Source: Tepidisphaera sp. (GTDB taxonomy: Bacteria; Planctomycetota; Phycisphaerae; Phycisphaerales; UBA1924). Taken from it: 64,000 nucleotides of DNA. The notes beneath the pieces were generated by a model. It worked only from the letters and a program-made list of their open reading frames with translations. It did not search any database and was not told the origin of the DNA. The translations under genes and the position numbers were made by a program. This document shows positions 54,375 through 64,000 of this stretch, one piece after another. The stretch is from NCBI GenBank assembly GCA_050916045.1, contig CP051526.1, positions 3,680,001 to 3,744,000 of the forward strand, read 5' to 3'. Numbering within the stretch: position 1 is the first letter of the stretch; the number at the start of each line of letters is the position of its first letter.

Positions 54375-55745
54375 TTACCGCCCCCGCTTGCCCATGTAGT
54401 CGATCACGTCGATCTTCCCAATGACGCCGACGGTCTTCTCCGCATCCACCACGATCGCGACCTGGTCGGTCTCGAAGATGCGGAAAAGCTCCTCGACGCG
54501 GGCTTTGGGATAGATCAGGCCGCCGATGGGCTGGGCGATGGCGGAAACCGGCGTTTCGTTCGTGACGGCGCCGCTCTGCAACCCGCGGAGCACGTCCAGC
54601 TCGTGGACCATCTTGGCGGGGCGTTTGTGAGCGTCGAGGACCGGGATCTGCGAGACGCCAGCTTTGCGCATCATCTCGACGACGGCCCCGAGCTTGTCGG
54701 TCTCGTTGGCGGTCATGACGTTCTGCTGCGGCCGGCCCTTCAGGATGTCCTCAACGGTGCCCAGGTCGTGATCCGACCCGAGGAACCCGTAATCCTTCAT
54801 CCACTGGTCATTGAGGAACTTGGTCGTGTACCGCGTGGCTGAGTCGCACAGGACGGTGACGACCGTCTTGCCCGGCCCGATCTCCTTGGCGATCTGGCAG
54901 GCGATGTGGACGTTGGAGCCGGACGACCCGCCACAGAAGAGCCCTTCCTCGCGGACGAGGCGGCGGGCCATCAGGAACGACTCCTTGTCGTTCACCTGGC
55001 GGAACTCATCGACGACGGAATAGTCCATCGCTTCACACAAGATGTCCTCGCCGATCCCCTCGACCTTGTAGACGTGGGGCGTGGGCATGGTCTTGGTGTA
55101 GTAATAGTGGTAGTGGACCGAGCCGATGGGGTCGACGCCGACGACCTTGACGGGATGCTTGCCCTTCTTGAGGAAGCGACCCACGCCCGAGACCGTGCCG
55201 CCGGTGCCCGAGCCCGCGACGAAGACATCCATCTTCCCCTCGGTCTGCCGCCAGATCTCCGCGCCGGTGGACATTTCGTGGGCATCGATGTTCAGGGGGT
55301 TGTGGTACTGGTTGACGTAGAAGCCCTTCTGCTCGCGAGCGATCCGCTTGGCGGTTTCGACGTAGTGCTGCGGGCTGTCGCCGGGAACGTCCGTCGGCGT
55401 GATCACGACCTCAGCCCCGAAGGCTTTGAGCATGTTCACCTTCTCCAAGCTCATCTTGTCGGGCATGGTGAAGACGCACTTGTACCCCTTGACGGCGGCC
55501 CACATGGCGACGCCTTGGCCGGTGTTGCCGGAGGTGTTCTCGACGATGACCATGCCGGGCTTGATCAGGCCCTTCTTCTCCGATTCGTTCAGGATGTGGA
55601 CCGCCATCCGGTCCTTGATCGACCCAGTGGGGTTCATGTACTCGCACTTGACGAGCACGGTCGCCGAGTTCGCCGGGACCACCTTGTTGAGCTTGACCAG
55701 GGGCGTATTCCCGACCGCATCAAGAACCGAATGAACGTGACCCAC
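54375..55745 (-). CDS. cbs: Cystathionine beta-synthase with C-terminal CBS domains
   Basis: GNTPLV, KCEYMNPTGSIKDR, TSGNTG, GTGGT, YKVEGIGED, then a tandem CBS pair. Confidence 0.9.
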   Translation of the reverse strand: MGHVHSVLDAVGNTPLVKLNKVVPANSATVLVKCEYMNPTGSIKDRMAVHILNESEKKGLIKPGMVIVENTSGNTGQGVAMWAAVKGYKCVFTMPDKMSLEKVNMLKAFGAEVVITPTDVPGDSPQHYVETAKRIAREQKGFYVNQYHNPLNIDAHEMSTGAEIWRQTEGKMDVFVAGSGTGGTVSGVGRFLKKGKHPVKVVGVDPIGSVHYHYYYTKTMPTPHVYKVEGIGEDILCEAMDYSVVDEFRQVNDKESFLMARRLVREEGLFCGGSSGSNVHIACQIAKEIGPGKTVVTVLCDSATRYTTKFLNDQWMKDYGFLGSDHDLGTVEDILKGRPQQNVMTANETDKLGAVVEMMRKAGVSQIPVLDAHKRPAKMVHELDVLRGLQSGAVTNETPVSAIAQPIGGLIYPKARVEELFRIFETDQVAIVVDAEKTVGVIGKIDVIDYMGKRGR

Positions 55746-56080
55746 GGGAAGCTCCTCGAAAAGGCAAGCCGCAATCTCGCGGCGAGGCAGGACCGAAACG
55801 ACCGGACAGGCGGGCAGTTTACGCTGATCAGCCCCCGGAGGGCCGAAAGCGGGCCGACCCGGGTGGGCATACGCGGCCGGAAAATGCCACCCCGGCCCGG
55901 GCGGAGAGCCGCAGATTGCGTCTTTCCGGACCCGCTTGCCGATCCCACCCCCACCGCTCGCAGAACCCCGTTTTCCGCTGAAGCTGACGCCCGTCGTGCA
56001 CTCCGCGTGCGTGCGGGTCGGCGAGGGCCGGAATGTCGCCTTTCTTGCTTGAGGATGACGCGGCCGTCGATCTCTCGTGC

Positions 56081-56527
56081 ATGCCGACCACGAAAAACGT
56101 CCTCAGGCTTGGCGAACTGCTCACCGCTCGCGGCGCCCTCACCAAGGAGCAGGTGGCTGAGATTCTCGACACCCAGAAGCGGCGCGGCCGGCCGTTCGGC
56201 GACCTCGCCGAGCGACTCTTCGGCGTCCGGCCTGAAATCGTCGAGGAAGCCTGGGCCGAGCAGTACGCCCAGATGGCCGACCATGTCGATCCGGCCCGGC
56301 TTCGCCCGGAAGCCGCGGCTTTGCGGTTGATCGAGGGGGAGCAGGCCCGCGAATTCGGCTTGCTTCCGGTCGAGATCAACGGGGACGAGGTGATGGTCTG
56401 CACCACGTCCGACAACCTCGCCCGGGCGCTGCGGTTCGTCGGCTGGAAGATCGGAAAGCCCGCGTACTTCGTCATCGCCGAGGAAACCGCGCTCGAACGG
56501 GCGATTCAGCGGCATTACGCGGCGTAG
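56081..56527 (+). CDS. Stand-alone MshEN / GspE-N-terminal domain protein
   Basis: RLGELLTARGALTKEQVAEILDTQ closely matches the c-di-GMP-binding RLGxxLxxxG...LxxQ motif; followed by QAREFGLLPV (GspE-N). Confidence 0.75.
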   Translation: MPTTKNVLRLGELLTARGALTKEQVAEILDTQKRRGRPFGDLAERLFGVRPEIVEEAWAEQYAQMADHVDPARLRPEAAALRLIEGEQAREFGLLPVEINGDEVMVCTTSDNLARALRFVGWKIGKPAYFVIAEETALERAIQRHYAA

Positions 56528-56542
56528 CACCTACGATGCGGC

Positions 56543-58339
56543 GTGCCCCGCTCATCATCCGCCAAACCATCCGCGAAAACCGCCTCCGCGTCGCGTCGCA
56601 AGACCTCTCCCAAGAAGGTCGCCAAGCTGACTGCGCTCGGGCCCCCGACGAAATCCAAACAGGCCCGCGTCAAGCGCGAAAAGCCTGTCGAAACCGTCGC
56701 TTTCGTCAGCTTGGGCTGCCCCAAGAACCTCGTCGACTCCGAGAAAATGCTCGGCAGCCTGGCTGAGTCTGGAATCGTGCCCGTTTCGATCAACCCCGAA
56801 GGGGGCGACTTCGGCGGGGCCGACGCCGTCGTCATCAACACCTGCGGGTTCCTCGAAGCTTCGAAGGATGAGAGCCTGGGCGTCATCAAGGACGCCATCG
56901 CGGCCAAGGACCGCGGCGAGGTCCGCCGCGTCGTCGTCGCCGGATGCCTCGTCCAGCGACACCGCGCCAAGATGCTCGAATGGGCTCCGGGCATCGACGC
57001 GATGGTCGGCGTCTTCGACCGCGACAAGATCGTTGAAGCCGTCCGCCCGCCCGTCGTCTCGCGCGAGCAGATCGGCCTCTCCGGGTCGACGCCCTCTCCG
57101 GAACAGCCCAAGTACTGGATCGCCGGCAACGCTCTCACCGCCGCCAAAGACCGCGGCCTCAAGACCGTCGGCCTGACGGTCCAGGGCAAGGACGGCAAGG
57201 GCATCGGCTATTTCGAAGACGATTCCGCGCGCCTCCGTCTCACGCCGCGCCACTACGCCTACCTCCGCATCAGCGAAGGGTGCAACCAGAACTGCGCCTT
57301 CTGCACGATCCCGAGTATCCGCGGCAAGATGCGGAGCAAGGGGGCCGACCGCATCACCGCCGAGTGCCGCGAGCTCATCAACGACGGAGCCCACGAGCTC
57401 CTCCTCATCGGCCAGGACACCACAAGCTACGGCGATGACATCGGCGCGGGGCTCAAAGCACTTCGCGCCAGCGGACGCGCCCCGACGGACTTCGCCCAGC
57501 TCGGCGGGTTGCCGTCGCTCCTCAAGTCGCTTTCGGACACCATGACCGAGGCGGGAAGCAGCGGCTGGATGCGCCTCATGTACGCGTATCCGACCAACTT
57601 CTCCGACCCGATCATCGACGCTTTCGCCGAACTCGTCCACCAGAAGAACCCGCACCTCCTCCCCTACCTCGACATCCCCCTCCAGCACGCTTCCGACCGC
57701 GTCCTCTCGCTCATGCGCCGCCACGTCACCCGTGAGCAGCAGGCGAACGTCATCCGCAAGCTCCGCAAACGCATGCCCGACTTTGCCGTCCGCACCACCT
57801 TTATCTCGGGCTTCCCCGGGGAGACCGAAGCCGACCACAAGCAACTCCTCGAGTTCGTCGAAGAGATGCAGTTCGAAGCCGTCGGCGTCTTCGAGTACAG
57901 CCACGAGGAAGGCACCGTCGCCGGCACCATGGAAGAGGACAAAGCCCTCGCCGTCTCGCCCGAGGACAAAGCCCGCCGCCGCGGCGAGGTCATGGAACTT
58001 CAGCAGAAGATCGCTTTTGCCCGCCAGGCCGCCCGCGCCGCCAAGTTCGACGAGAAAAACCCCGAAAAGACCGGCGAACGACTCGACGTCATCATCGACG
58101 CCACCCTCCGAACCTCCGGCAAAGCCACCTCCGGCGTCGGCAGCGGCGGCAAGCTCTACCAGGGACGCACCACCTTCCAAGCTCCCCAAATCGACAGCGT
58201 CACCTACATCCAAAGCCACGACAAGCTCGCACCCGGCGAAGTCGTCCGCTGCGTCATCGTCGGTCACGACGGCTACGACCTCATCGCCAAGCCCGTCACC
58301 GAAATCGAGCGCCGCGTCGGACTCAAGGTCCTCCGCTAA
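56543..58339 (+). CDS. rimO: Ribosomal protein S12 methylthiotransferase RimO
   Basis: SLGCPKNLVDSE, INTCGF, radical-SAM CNQNCAFC, GQDTTSYG, RLMYAYP, YLDIPLQH, and a TRAM domain with APQID. Confidence 0.93.
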   Translation: MPRSSSAKPSAKTASASRRKTSPKKVAKLTALGPPTKSKQARVKREKPVETVAFVSLGCPKNLVDSEKMLGSLAESGIVPVSINPEGGDFGGADAVVINTCGFLEASKDESLGVIKDAIAAKDRGEVRRVVVAGCLVQRHRAKMLEWAPGIDAMVGVFDRDKIVEAVRPPVVSREQIGLSGSTPSPEQPKYWIAGNALTAAKDRGLKTVGLTVQGKDGKGIGYFEDDSARLRLTPRHYAYLRISEGCNQNCAFCTIPSIRGKMRSKGADRITAECRELINDGAHELLLIGQDTTSYGDDIGAGLKALRASGRAPTDFAQLGGLPSLLKSLSDTMTEAGSSGWMRLMYAYPTNFSDPIIDAFAELVHQKNPHLLPYLDIPLQHASDRVLSLMRRHVTREQQANVIRKLRKRMPDFAVRTTFISGFPGETEADHKQLLEFVEEMQFEAVGVFEYSHEEGTVAGTMEEDKALAVSPEDKARRRGEVMELQQKIAFARQAARAAKFDEKNPEKTGERLDVIIDATLRTSGKATSGVGSGGKLYQGRTTFQAPQIDSVTYIQSHDKLAPGEVVRCVIVGHDGYDLIAKPVTEIERRVGLKVLR

Positions 58340-58365
58340 AGCACGATCCCCGGCTCGGCTTTCAT

Positions 58366-59760
58366 CTAGATCGCCAGCGGGCCCGTGCTGTCCGCAAAGC
58401 TCTCCTGCGGACACCCCGCCCGCTCGAGCATGGACAGGTAGAGGTTGCAAAGCGGCGTCTCGCGCGGCGACCGAACGATCCGGCCCGTCTCGATCGGCTT
58501 GCGATCCTTCCCGCCGCCGCCGCGACCAGCGACGAGGATCGGCAGGTCCTCGTGGTTGTGCTTGTTCCCGTCGCTGATACCCCCGCCGAACATGATCATC
58601 GAATGGTCGAGAAGCGTCCCCTCACCCTCGCGTGTCTCGGAGAGGTTCTTCACGAACCGGGCGAACCGCTCGACCATGAACAGGTCAATCTTCCTGATCT
58701 TCTCGATCATTTCCTGATTGTTCTGGTGGTGCGAGAGATGGTGGTGCCCCTCCTTGATCCCGATCTCCGGGTACGCCCGGTTGCTCCCGTCCACCGCGAG
58801 CATCAGCGTGCTGATCCGCGTCGTATCCGTCTGGAACGCGAGCAGAAGCATGTCGTACATCAGGTCCATGTGCTCGCCGACCTTGTCCGGGATCCCCGCG
58901 GGCGCGGGCATGGTCGGAAGCACCGGCGGCTTGGTCTCGGCTTTCGCACGCTCGATGCGAAGCTCGATCTCGCGGACCGCCGTCTGGAACTGGTCAAGCT
59001 TCCGGCGGTCGGCCGTGCCCAACCGATTCGAGATGGCTTTGGAATCCTCGAGCACGAAGTCCAGGATGCTCTGACGCCTGCTCAGCCTCTCCTGGGCCGC
59101 CGCCGTCTGTGTCGCGTCGCCGAAAAGCCGCTCGAACGCCGCAGCAGGGTCGATCAGCTTCGCCATCGGCGTCGTCTCGTCGCGCCACGAGATGTTCGAC
59201 GAGTACGCGCAGGAATACCCCGAGTCGCAGTTGCCCGCCGACGGCCCGTGCTCACAGCCAAGCTCAAGCGACGGCAGCCGCGTGCTGCTCCCAAGCTTCG
59301 ACGCCGCCAGTTGATCGATGCTGATGCCGTTCTTGATATCGTTCCCGGCCGTCTTGCGAGCCTGGCTGCCCGTGAGAAACGACGCAGACGAACGCGCGTG
59401 GTCACCCGGGCCGTCGCCGTTGGCGCGTGCTTTCTTCAGCGTCAGGCCGGTGTGGATGTTGAGATGCTGGCGGACCGCTTCCAGCGGCTTGAGCGTCGGC
59501 GAAAGCTCGAACGACTTCCCTTCACCCTTGGGGTCCCACGCGTCGTAGTTCACCCCGTTGGGCATGAACACGAACGCAAGCCGCATCGGCGGCGTCGCCA
59601 TCCCGGCCCCCACGCCCGTCGCCAGCCCCGCCGCTTCCCCGGCGCTCCCGACCGTCGCAGCGACCGCTTTGCTCACCGGCCCCATGCCCTCAAGCCACGG
59701 CAGCGCCATGGAGACGCCCAAGCCACGAAGCATGGTTCGACGGGAAAGATGCGTCCTCAT
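58366..59760 (-). CDS. DUF1552 domain protein (Tat-exported)
   Basis: Tat signal SRRTMLRG, FVFMPNG, CDSGYSCAY, AFQTDTTR, HHLSHH. Confidence 0.9.
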   Translation of the reverse strand: MRTHLSRRTMLRGLGVSMALPWLEGMGPVSKAVAATVGSAGEAAGLATGVGAGMATPPMRLAFVFMPNGVNYDAWDPKGEGKSFELSPTLKPLEAVRQHLNIHTGLTLKKARANGDGPGDHARSSASFLTGSQARKTAGNDIKNGISIDQLAASKLGSSTRLPSLELGCEHGPSAGNCDSGYSCAYSSNISWRDETTPMAKLIDPAAAFERLFGDATQTAAAQERLSRRQSILDFVLEDSKAISNRLGTADRRKLDQFQTAVREIELRIERAKAETKPPVLPTMPAPAGIPDKVGEHMDLMYDMLLLAFQTDTTRISTLMLAVDGSNRAYPEIGIKEGHHHLSHHQNNQEMIEKIRKIDLFMVERFARFVKNLSETREGEGTLLDHSMIMFGGGISDGNKHNHEDLPILVAGRGGGGKDRKPIETGRIVRSPRETPLCNLYLSMLERAGCPQESFADSTGPLAI

Positions 59761-62150
59761 GGGTTCATGCTCCTTCCGCGGCACGTGCGGAATGTCTCGC
59801 TCAACACCACCGACTCCACCAGCGCCGAAAGCTTGTCCCCCTGCGCCCGCGTCTGCTTGGCGATCCGTGCGATCGCGGGCCGGTCAAACGGCTCGACGCC
59901 CCGCCCAAGCGCGTACGTCAGCACCTTGGCGCTCAGAGACTCCACAAACTGATCGCTCCGGGAGAGAAGCGTCTTCTTCAGGTCTTCCGAATTCCGGAGC
60001 ACCACCCCGCCCGGTAGCGTCCCGCTCGCATCGATCGGCTTGCCGTTCTCTTCCGTCCGCCACCGCCCCACCGCGTCAAAGTTCTCGAACGTCAGCCCCA
60101 GCGGATCCAGCCGGTTGTGGCACGCCGCGCAGCTCGCGACCGCGACGTGCGCCGCGAGCTGCTCGCGGACCGTCGCGCCGGGCTTGTTGTGCACCGCCTG
60201 CTCCAGCGGCGGGATGTCCGCCGGTGGCGGCGGGGGCGGCGTTCCCAGGATCTGATCCAGCACGAACAAGCCGCGCTTCACCGGGCTCGTCCGCGTCGTG
60301 TTGCTCGTCAGCGTCAGGATCGCGCCCATCGTGAGCACGCCCCCGCGCGGCGACCCCTCCGGCAGCGGCACGCGCCGGAACTCGTTCCCCTCCACGCCCG
60401 GAATCCCGTAGAACTTCGCGAGCTTGCCGTTCAGGAACGTCGCTTCGCTGTCGAGAAACTCCAGCACGCTCCGATCCGACCGGAGGACATCGCCGAAGAA
60501 GAGCGTCGCTTCCGCGTTCATCGCGTCGCGAAGCTTGTCGTCATACTCCGGGAACCGCTCCCGATCGATCGCGACGCTCTCGAGTCCGCGAAGCTGAAGC
60601 CACTGTCCCGAGAAGTTCTCGATGAACGCACGGCTCTTCCCGTCCGCGAGCATCCGCTTGACCTGAGCTTTCAGCCCCGCTTCCGTCACCAGCGACCCAT
60701 CCGCCGCCGCTTGCATCAGCGGCTCATCCGGCATGCTGCTCCACAGGAAGTACGAAAGCCTGCTCGCCAGTTCGTACCCGTCCAGCGTGTACCGCTCCAA
60801 AGCGTCCGCCGAACCTGGACGAGCGACGAACCGGAAGAGGAAACTCGGAGAGACAAGCGTCGCCGCCAGCGCCGTCCGCACCGCGGGCTCAAACTTCTGC
60901 CCGCGCTCTCGCTCCGCCCGGTACAGCTTCATGAGGCTCTCAACCTGCCGCTCACTCGCGGGCCTGCGATACGCCTTGGACGCGAAAACACCGAGCACCG
61001 CGTGCGCCCTCGCATCCTCGTTCCTCGCATCCGTCCCCACATCGAAGATCCGCCGCCAGACCGCCGGCCGCTCGGTCGTGGTTTCATCAAGCGGCCCGGC
61101 GACCGAGATCGACTCGATCCCCAGGTTCCGGTCGTACACATCCTTCTGGTACGCATCGTTCAGGAACTGCGCCGAGATCACCCGCGACCCCTTCGTCAGC
61201 TTGGTGCGAACCGAGAACTCCTGTGGGTCCTCGCGCGTGCCGATGACCGAGAATTCCTGCACCTGCCGGTTCCCCACGCGAAGCGAGAACCTCGCGTTCT
61301 CATCACCACCGCGCGTCTCCCACGCTTTCACCCGGATCAGATACTCACCCGTGACCGGCGCCTCGAACTTCCCCGTCGCCGGCCCGTTGGAGTACAGAAA
61401 GAACCCGCCGCGCGGCAAAGCCTGCCCGCTCTTGCCCTCCAGCGGCCGAAGATCACGCGGATGGTCGCCGCACTCGATCACCGGCCCCAGCGCCGTCGCG
61501 ATCGCTTTCTCCGCGGCTTCCAGATACTGCTCGATCGCGAGCGGCGATGTCGAAAGCACATCCGCGATGTTGTCAAACCCGTACCCGGTGTCGTCCCGCG
61601 GCAGCTTGGCCGAGAGATCCAATTCCGCCGGATCAATATCCAGCAGATCGCGGAGGGTGTTGCGATACTCCGCACGGTTCAGCCGATGAATCGTGAACCA
61701 GCCCGGATCGATCGCCGCATCCGTCGGCGTGAACGCGATCATCGCGTCAAGCCACTGCGTCATCGTCAGCCGCTCGTGATCCGACGGCTGCGGTTTGTTC
61801 TTCGGCGGCATCTCCCCCGACGAAACCATTTCGCGGAGAAGCCGCAGGTCCGCCCCCCCCGCGTGGATCTGACGAACGTCGCTCAGGTGGTCGAGCCGCG
61901 TCTCTCCCTTGGCTTCCTCGCCCGTGTGACACGACAGGCAGTACGTCGCCAGAAGCGGCTTGATGTCCTGCGTGTACCGCCCATCAAGCTCCGCCGCGAG
62001 CGCATCCGGCTCCGAGCCCGCTTTCGACACCCAGGACGCCGGCTGATCCTCGACTCGGCCCGCTGAAAGCGTCGCCAGCCCGGCCGCGACCGCAAGCGGG
62101 CCCGCGACTCCGAGGATGAGCGTCCGGCGAGATGGAATCCTGAGCGGCAT
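59757..62150 (-). CDS. Planctomycete cytochrome-c / DUF1587-1595-1592-1588-1585 protein with carbohydrate-binding-like insert
   Basis: CLSCH, RLNRAEYRNT, ELASRLSYFLWSSMPD, TSPVKRG, CAACH, ENFDAVGRWR; insert FLND...DRNL. Confidence 0.9.
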   Translation of the reverse strand: MPLRIPSRRTLILGVAGPLAVAAGLATLSAGRVEDQPASWVSKAGSEPDALAAELDGRYTQDIKPLLATYCLSCHTGEEAKGETRLDHLSDVRQIHAGGADLRLLREMVSSGEMPPKNKPQPSDHERLTMTQWLDAMIAFTPTDAAIDPGWFTIHRLNRAEYRNTLRDLLDIDPAELDLSAKLPRDDTGYGFDNIADVLSTSPLAIEQYLEAAEKAIATALGPVIECGDHPRDLRPLEGKSGQALPRGGFFLYSNGPATGKFEAPVTGEYLIRVKAWETRGGDENARFSLRVGNRQVQEFSVIGTREDPQEFSVRTKLTKGSRVISAQFLNDAYQKDVYDRNLGIESISVAGPLDETTTERPAVWRRIFDVGTDARNEDARAHAVLGVFASKAYRRPASERQVESLMKLYRAERERGQKFEPAVRTALAATLVSPSFLFRFVARPGSADALERYTLDGYELASRLSYFLWSSMPDEPLMQAAADGSLVTEAGLKAQVKRMLADGKSRAFIENFSGQWLQLRGLESVAIDRERFPEYDDKLRDAMNAEATLFFGDVLRSDRSVLEFLDSEATFLNGKLAKFYGIPGVEGNEFRRVPLPEGSPRGGVLTMGAILTLTSNTTRTSPVKRGLFVLDQILGTPPPPPPADIPPLEQAVHNKPGATVREQLAAHVAVASCAACHNRLDPLGLTFENFDAVGRWRTEENGKPIDASGTLPGGVVLRNSEDLKKTLLSRSDQFVESLSAKVLTYALGRGVEPFDRPAIARIAKQTRAQGDKLSALVESVVLSETFRTCRGRSMNP

Positions 62151-62215
62151 GCGTCCCCTCCAGCATACCACAAACAGACTCCGTTTCGTCACGATTTTCG
62201 GCCGCCGAGCACCCC

Positions 62216-62251
62216 AAAAACAGGAGGAGACTCGCGGTTTCGCGAGTCTCC
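62216..62251 (-). terminator. Intrinsic terminator after tRNA-Ser
   Basis: 11-bp stem GGAGACTCGCG/CGCGAGTCTCC followed by TCCTGTTTTT on the minus strand. Confidence 0.7.
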
Positions 62252-62259
62252 AGCCCAAG

Positions 62260-62346
62260 CGGAGCGGGGGAGATTCGAACTCCCGAGACCCTTGCGGGTC
62301 TGCTCGATTTCAAGTCGAGTACTTTCAACCGCTCAGTCACCGCTCC
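62260..62346 (-). tRNA. tRNA-Ser(TGA)
   Basis: GGAGCGGTGACTGAGCGGTTGAAAGTA-CTCGA-CTTGAAA-TCGAG, long variable arm, GGGAGTTCGAATCTCCCCCGCTCCG. Confidence 0.95.
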
Positions 62347-62387
62347 GACGCATCCGCGCGGCATCCGCCACGGACGCTCCGCTCAAA

Positions 62388-62954
62388 CTATAAGGTCTTG
62401 CTCAGGATCGCCGAGACGTAGTTCGTGTACGGCCACTGCCAGTGCTCCACGAGCCGGTACCCGCGCTTGAGGTAGAACTGCATCAGCCTCGTGTCCGGCG
62501 CCGCCATGCTGCACGCAAGCTCCGCCGCGCCGCACTCCCGAGACCGCCGCTCCACCGTCTCCAGCATCAGGATCCCGATCCCCCGCCCCTGGATGTCCGG
62601 ATCCACCGCGAACTGCGAGAAGCTGTCGACGAAGCTGTTCTGGAACCACGGGGGACCCTGGTCGGGCTCCACCTCGTGAAACAGGATCACGCCGACGATC
62701 TTCTGCGACCGCCCGCCCTTCTCCCGGTTGGGCATGACCGCGACATAGCACTCCCCGCTGTGGCAGCGGCGGCGCGTCGTCTCATCATCCTGCCGACCCG
62801 CGAGCGGCTTGAGGCCCATCTCAACCTGCCCCGCGTACGCGCGGTGAAGCAGCTTGGTGATCTCGGGGATCGGATCGCGCGGCGACAGCAGCCTGATCGA
62901 CACGGGGTCGTTCGCGGAGGCGTCGGGTTTGGACTTGGATTCTGGTGTGGACAT
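62388..62954 (-). CDS. GNAT family N-acetyltransferase
   Basis: Acetyl-CoA-binding motif FAVDPDIQGRGIG and FYLKRGY. Confidence 0.88.
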   Translation of the reverse strand: MSTPESKSKPDASANDPVSIRLLSPRDPIPEITKLLHRAYAGQVEMGLKPLAGRQDDETTRRRCHSGECYVAVMPNREKGGRSQKIVGVILFHEVEPDQGPPWFQNSFVDSFSQFAVDPDIQGRGIGILMLETVERRSRECGAAELACSMAAPDTRLMQFYLKRGYRLVEHWQWPYTNYVSAILSKTL

Positions 62955-63022
62955 CGGGGCGACAACGATAGGAACCCCCGCAACCTCATGCGAAACCCGC
63001 CGAAGATCCCGTACAGTCGCGG

Positions 63023-63466
63023 ATGCCCGCCGACACGCCCCTGGTTCCCACCGCGCCCGTCCCCTCCGAAGGATCCGTCAGGCTCCGCGTGCGTTACTGC
63101 GAGTGCGACCCCATGAAGGTCGTCCACCACGCCGCCTACATCCCCTGGCTTGAAATCGCCCGAACCGAAATCCTCCGAGGCTGCGGCGTCAGCTACGCCC
63201 AGATGGAGGAATCCGGCGCCTTCCTCGTCATCGTCAAGCTCGAAGCCAAATACCGCAAGCCGGTCCTCTACGACGACATCGTCGAGGTCCGCGTCCGCGT
63301 CTCTGGCGGTGGCCGCGTCAAGATCGAGCACGAGTACGAGGTTGTCGTCGTCGAACGCGGCGGCAAGCCCGCCGACCTCAGCGCCTGCATCGCTTCAACC
63401 ACCCTCGCCTGCGTCGACGGCGAAGGCAAGCTCCGCGAACTGCCCGACTGGCTCATCGCCCGCTAA
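63023..63466 (+). CDS. Acyl-CoA thioesterase (YbgC/FadM hot-dog family)
   Basis: RVRYCECDPMKVVHHAAYIPWLEIARTE and YRKPVLYDD. Confidence 0.9.
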   Translation: MPADTPLVPTAPVPSEGSVRLRVRYCECDPMKVVHHAAYIPWLEIARTEILRGCGVSYAQMEESGAFLVIVKLEAKYRKPVLYDDIVEVRVRVSGGGRVKIEHEYEVVVVERGGKPADLSACIASTTLACVDGEGKLRELPDWLIAR

Positions 63467-63888
63467 AGCCCCGCCCACGACCGGAGCAGCTTGTCCATCG
63501 CCGCCGGCACCGGCATCACGCTCAGCCGGGAGTTTTTCACCAGCGCGAATTCCGCGAACCGCTTGTCGGCTTTGATCTGCGCCAGCGTGACGCGGCTCGG
63601 CAACCCTCGCACCGCCCGCAGATCCACCACGGCGAACTTCGGCTCCCCGCGATCGTTCCGGCCCGGCTGATCCGGGTCCTCGTACGCCGGCTTCACGACC
63701 TTGGCCAGACCGACCACCGCACGCTCCTCCCCCGTGTGGTAAATGAAGACGTCATCCCCCACCGCCGTGCCGCGCAGGTGGATCAACGCTTGCGCGTTCG
63801 TCACCCCGTCCCACCGCGCCTCCCGCTGCTCCTCGAGATCGCTGTAGGAAAACTCGTCAGGTTCGGTTTTGAAAAGCCACGTCGCCAT
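63463..63888 (-). CDS. EVE domain protein
   Basis: WLFKTEPDEFS, WDGVTN, FIYHTG, SRLSVMPV; GGAGG before the ATG. Confidence 0.92.
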   Translation of the reverse strand: MATWLFKTEPDEFSYSDLEEQREARWDGVTNAQALIHLRGTAVGDDVFIYHTGEERAVVGLAKVVKPAYEDPDQPGRNDRGEPKFAVVDLRAVRGLPSRVTLAQIKADKRFAEFALVKNSRLSVMPVPAAMDKLLRSWAGL

Positions 63889-64000
63889 CGCGCACCTCCG
63901 CGTCAAGCCCCACCACCCGCTCCGCCCGCCCCGCCCACCGACCACCGACAATCTCCGCATCGATCCGATCGTCAAACGCCTCAAACCGCGCCGTCGCGCC
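63857..64000 (-). CDS. 3' end of an unidentified upstream gene (partial)
   Basis: The frame from the window edge reads GATARFEAFDDRIDAEIVGGRWAGRAERVVGLDAEVRDGDVAFQNRT* and overlaps the EVE gene start. Confidence 0.35.
   Translation of the reverse strand, partial: GATARFEAFDDRIDAEIVGGRWAGRAERVVGLDAEVRDGDVAFQNRT

Noticed and set aside
55746..56080. SAM or other riboswitch upstream of cbs
   Set aside because: No SAM-I core (ATC.AGAG...GGCAACC...GTGC) was recognised by eye; an Rfam scan would be needed to exclude other classes.

Overview
High-GC bacterial chromosome segment, most likely Planctomycetota, class Phycisphaerae. This is inferred from a GC-type dockerin-tailed secreted protein, a DUF1592/DUF1552 pair, CxxCGYDLRG...CPECG zinc-ribbon membrane proteins, a short 5S rRNA and a 23S-5S unit unlinked from 16S. 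The content is mostly core or housekeeping: a 23S-5S rRNA operon with its own promoter, boxA and terminator; a pilM-led pilus cluster; an AsmA-like protein; GT2, GT4 and TPR-GT genes; manC, phhA, trpE, pepA, pckA, hflX, gyrB, a cbs-cgl pair, rimO; three tRNAs; and c-di-GMP modules (PilZ-REC-Hpt, HD-GYP, MshEN). No integrase, transposase, phage or CRISPR-Cas was seen. The most unusual signals are: (1) a 19 x 21-bp degenerate tandem array, open in all six frames over most of its length, followed by a G-quadruplex-prone tract and an 8-bp repeat; (2) three tandem zinc-ribbon membrane paralogs, each with its own promoter-like hexamer, two of which share a 91-bp tail containing a REP-like element; (3) a TAnnnT hexamer 5-8 nt before at least 14 start codons, suggesting leaderless transcription; (4) a candidate leaderless uORF/attenuator upstream of hflX. 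All family calls come from motif recognition by eye; no database search was run.
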